Origin: Naegleria gruberi | Lineage: Eukaryota | Assembly: GCA_000004985.1 (NCBI GenBank) | Contig: GG739529.1 | DNA: 1,151 bases | Direction: 5' to 3' (one strand) | In this document: in pieces, positions 1-1,151 of the stretch | How the letters are laid out: every line of letters begins with the position of its first letter | Numbering within the stretch: position 1 is the first letter of the stretch | Notes under the pieces: generated by a model | The model's input: the letters and a program-made list of their open reading frames with translations, nothing else | Database searches by the model: none | What the model was told of the DNA's origin: nothing | Made by a program: the position numbers and the translations under genes

Positions 1-653
1 GAAACTTTCAAGACAAACTCAACTGAACCACATTCGTTCTTCAATAAAAAAACGTTTCCTGGATATGCAAATGTAGCCCAGAAAGTTGAGATTGGGGCTG
101 AATATCCGTGAGAAGTTTGATTTCCTTCCTCGTCTACCCTAAATACATTATATTTCCTAGATGTATCATTTCTAATGCTAATATCCACAAGTTCATGTCC
201 ATCAAATCTTGACCTAATTAATTTCCAATCCTCCTCACGAGCTTTTGTCATCTTGCAAATTGTTACGTGTTTTGATTGGTCCTCAATTATTTCTTCCTCT
301 ATCTCCTCCACTTGATCACCCACTACAATTTCTTCATCATCTTCATCAACCATTTTCCCATCCCTCTCCTCATCATACATAAATGTTCCAGGAACAACCT
401 CAAAATAATCAACAGTCTCTTCTGTCGGAACAAAAATCGATACAACCTCCCTCTTCTCATCATTCATTCTTCTCATTATGAAAGGATGAGTAGCACCAGC
501 TTGCTGACAACATTTCCCGCCAGAATTTAAAACTGTAAACGGTTGTTCATTTCCCTCATAATCAATCCAAATCATTTGAATGGGCTCGGAAAGAGTGTTA
601 TGGAAAATGATTGGACATTTGTGATCCCATCTCTTGGCACATAGTTTTTTCAT
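1..653 (-). CDS. Protein with two tandem VHL beta-domain-like repeats and an acidic linker. The 5' end is complete (ATG 653-651) and the 3' end is cut by the window edge.
   Basis: Manual reverse-complement translation gives an open frame from ATG 653-651 to position 3, 217 codons, with 2 nt left over. An in-frame upstream stop TGA lies at 674-672, and six A's precede the ATG (AAAAAAATG). Translation: MKKLCAKRWDHKCPIIFHNTLSEPIQMIWIDYEGNEQPFTVLNSGGKCCQQAGATHPFIMRRMNDEKREVVSIFVPTEETVDYFEVVPGTFMYDEERDGKMVDEDDEEIVVGDQVEEIEEEIIEDQSKHVTICKMTKAREEDWKLIRSRFDGHELVDISIRNDTSRKYNVFRVDEEGNQTSHGYSAPISTFWATFAYPGNVFLLKNECGSVEFVLKV... Residues ~14-76 align without gaps to human pVHL residues ~73-135 (recalled from memory): IIFxN...W.IDYEGNEQPF..L..GG.....H.F.....IFVP versus VIFCN...WLNFDGEPQPY..L.PGTG...H.W...ELFVP. 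Residues ~156-217 repeat the N..(F/W)x(I/V)D.EGN.Q core (DEEGNQT versus DYEGNEQ). The sense strand is purine-rich, and the codon usage (AGA, CCA, GGA) fits a coding region. The high confidence refers to it being coding and the lower to the VHL-like call. Confidence 0.72.
   Translation of the reverse strand, partial: MKKLCAKRWDHKCPIIFHNTLSEPIQMIWIDYEGNEQPFTVLNSGGKCCQQAGATHPFIMRRMNDEKREVVSIFVPTEETVDYFEVVPGTFMYDEERDGKMVDEDDEEIVVGDQVEEIEEEIIEDQSKHVTICKMTKAREEDWKLIRSRFDGHELVDISIRNDTSRKYNVFRVDEEGNQTSHGYSAPISTFWATFAYPGNVFLLKNECGSVEFVLKV
331..348. repeat. Perfect 9-bp tandem duplication (tcttcatca x2), in frame within the acidic linker.
   Basis: 331-339 and 340-348 are both tcttcatca. On the coding (minus) strand this is GATGAAGATGATGAAGAA, encoding D103-E108 (DEDDEE). 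Confidence 0.9.
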
Positions 654-670
654 TTTTTTAATTAAAACGT

Positions 671-683
671 CTCAAAAAAAATG
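671..683 (-). promoter_or_regulatory. U-rich acceptor-like site (CAUUUUUUUUGAG|A) 17 nt upstream of the start codon. It is a candidate cis- or trans-splice (SL) acceptor.
   Basis: The minus strand reads ca-tttttttt-gag with AG at 672-671. The exon would begin at 670 (ACGTTTTAATTAAAAAAATG). The G at -3 is non-optimal compared with the nematode UUUUCAG consensus. Confidence 0.3.
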
Positions 684-701
684 TCGTACCACCCAGTAAC
701 T

Positions 702-728
702 ACACTGTTGACCCTGAGACCACAGTGT
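702..728. other. Hairpin or inverted repeat ACACTGT-N13-ACAGTGT.
   Basis: Positions 702-708 (acactgt) are the exact reverse complement of 722-728 (acagtgt), separated by a 13-nt loop (tgaccctgagacc). Confidence 0.6.
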
Positions 729-737
729 GTTGCCGCA

Positions 738-749
738 ATACTTACGTCG
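738..749 (-). promoter_or_regulatory. Consensus 5' splice-donor-like sequence CGAC|GTAAGTAT on the minus strand.
   Basis: The minus strand at 749-738 reads cgac gtaagtat. The intron side matches GTAAGT(A/T) perfectly, and the exon side (-1 C) is weaker. It lies 75 nt upstream of the acceptor-like AG at 672-671. Confidence 0.3.
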
Positions 750-862
750 GGTTAAGTCACCGTACCCTATACTACCCGGGGTTCCAGCATAGGGTGTTCA
801 AGCCAAGTATTTGTGTCCACAGAGTTACAAGAAATGAACAAAGCAATCCCAACAAGAAAGAA

Positions 863-868
863 TTTATT
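863..868 (-). terminator. Candidate polyadenylation signal AATAAA on the minus strand.
   Basis: The + strand tttatt at 863-868 is AATAAA on the minus strand. It lies about 186 nt downstream of the minus-strand stop at 1054-1056 and about 210 nt upstream of ATG 653. Confidence 0.25.
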
Positions 869-895
869 ATTTAATATTCGTAATATCATCAAGAC

Positions 896-910
896 GAACC
901 CGTCGGGTTC
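896..910. promoter_or_regulatory. Perfect 15-bp palindrome GAACCCGTCGGGTTC. It is a candidate binding site for a dimeric factor.
   Basis: g896..c910 pair perfectly around the central t903. It contains the second copy of the 9-mer CGTCGGGTT (901-909), also found at 745-753. Confidence 0.5.
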
Positions 911-1053
911 ATACGATTAATAAACGTTTAAATTTTTTTTCTAGATTTGATTGAGAAATTGATTTGGTTTCGGAGCATTAAATAATATTCGCCTCTACAT
1001 TTGTTGGGTTCAGAAAAAGTTGAAAGTTTGTTGTTCGAAATCAAGTGATGTTG

Positions 1054-1151
1054 TTATTTCTCAATTGTTGAATTGAGTTTGAGTTTGACAATTTCCATCT
1101 CTGATTTGTGAACTCGCCTTACTTCCTCTTTCATTTCCTTATATTCTTCTG
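1054..1151 (-). CDS. Possible 3'-terminal coding segment of a separate upstream minus-strand gene. It has a K/E-rich, coiled-coil-like tail, and its 5' part lies outside the window.
   Basis: The minus-strand frame entering at 1149 reads EEYKEMKEEVRRVHKSEMEIVKLKLNSTIEK and then a TAA stop at 1056-1054. That is 31 codons with no stop in AT-rich DNA. The sense strand is purine-rich, and a minus-strand AATAAA lies about 186 nt downstream, at 868-863. The ORF is short and could be chance. Confidence 0.3.
   Translation of the reverse strand, partial: EEYKEMKEEVRRVHKSEMEIVKLKLNSTIEK

Larger units (their letters stand above)
654..830 (-). promoter_or_regulatory. 5' flank and putative 5'UTR/promoter region of the VHL-like gene. 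It is a GC-enriched island (about half G+C by eye) inside AT-rich DNA.
   Basis: It lies immediately upstream of ATG 653-651 on the coding strand. It contains a hairpin at 702-708/722-728, the CCCGGG palindrome at 775-780, and the donor-like GTAAGTAT (minus strand, 745-738). No convincing TATA box was found (only TATAGG-like at 770-765, minus strand). Confidence 0.4.

Noticed and set aside
41-49. + strand AATAAA at 44-49.
   Set aside because: It lies inside the minus-strand coding region (antisense) and has no associated + strand gene.
276-530. Supplied + strand ORF (84 aa, MVLNYFFLYLLHLITHYNFF...).
   Set aside because: It lies entirely antisense to the well-supported minus-strand CDS. Its translation is low-complexity and hydrophobic (F/L/I/Y-rich), as expected from reading a purine-rich acidic coding region backwards. 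It has no domain-like pattern, so it is judged spurious.
701-728. CAGTG / CACTG inverted termini reminiscent of Tc1/mariner TIR ends (TA-CACTG ... CAGTG).
   Set aside because: The orientation is inside-out relative to a real element (which would be TA-CAGTG...CACTG-TA). There are only 13 nt between the arms and no flanking TA duplication. It is treated as a simple hairpin.
681-755. Small + strand ORF ATG..TAA (25 codons, MSYHPVTTLLTLRPQCVAAILTSG) with the A-rich context aaaaaaaATG.
   Set aside because: It is very short and has no recognizable motif. It overlaps the 5' flank and putative intron of the minus-strand gene. A uORF-like or chance ORF is more likely than a gene.
738-815. U1-snRNA-like features on the + strand: ATACTTAC (738-745) matches the U1 5' end, and ATTTGTG (809-815) resembles an Sm site.
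   Set aside because: The spacing is about 70 nt, versus about 125 nt in real U1. There is no convincing U1 stem-loop architecture. ATACTTAC is more simply the complement of a GTAAGTAT splice donor on the minus strand.
680-830. tRNA or snoRNA gene in the GC island.
   Set aside because: No box A/box B (TRGCNNAGTGG / GGTTCGANTCC) match appears on either strand. No cloverleaf pairing or convincing C/D box (TGATGA...CTGA) geometry could be found by eye.
919-944. + strand AATAAA (919-924) followed by a T9 run, and a tttttttctag acceptor-like site at 934-944.
   Set aside because: No + strand ORF or exon is supported on either side, since all three + frames after 945 hit stops within about 15 codons. 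It is probably an AT-rich coincidence, although use by an unannotated + strand ncRNA cannot be excluded.

Overview
This window is AT-rich and looks eukaryotic. Codon usage (AGA Arg, CCA Pro, GGA Gly) and the A-rich start context AAAAAAATG are nematode-like, but the organism cannot be proven from sequence alone. The main feature is a minus-strand ORF that starts at the ATG at 653-651 and runs without a stop to the left window edge (217 full codons, 3' end outside the window). The supplied ORF track missed it. Its product has two regions resembling the VHL (von Hippel-Lindau) beta-domain, joined by a strongly acidic D/E linker. The N-terminal repeat aligns without gaps to the human pVHL hydroxyproline-pocket segment, conserving W88, G93, Q96, P97 and H115. 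Y98, S111 and W117 are replaced by F, A and F. Upstream of the start, 654-830 is a GC-enriched island in an otherwise AT-rich spacer. It carries a 7-bp-stem hairpin, a CCCGGG palindrome, a consensus 5' splice-donor-like GTAAGTAT on the minus strand, and a U8-GAG acceptor-like site 17 nt before the ATG. Together these suggest a 75-nt 5'UTR intron or a trans-splice acceptor. Further right, the 9-mer CGTCGGGTT occurs twice, and the second copy sits inside a perfect 15-bp palindrome (896-910). The right edge carries a K/E-rich minus-strand ORF that enters from outside the window and stops at 1054-1056, with a minus-strand AATAAA at 868-863. This may be the 3' end of an upstream gene in tandem, possibly operon-like. 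The supplied + strand ORF 276-530 is antisense to the real CDS and is rejected. No prokaryotic-style system, rRNA, tRNA or CRISPR is supported.
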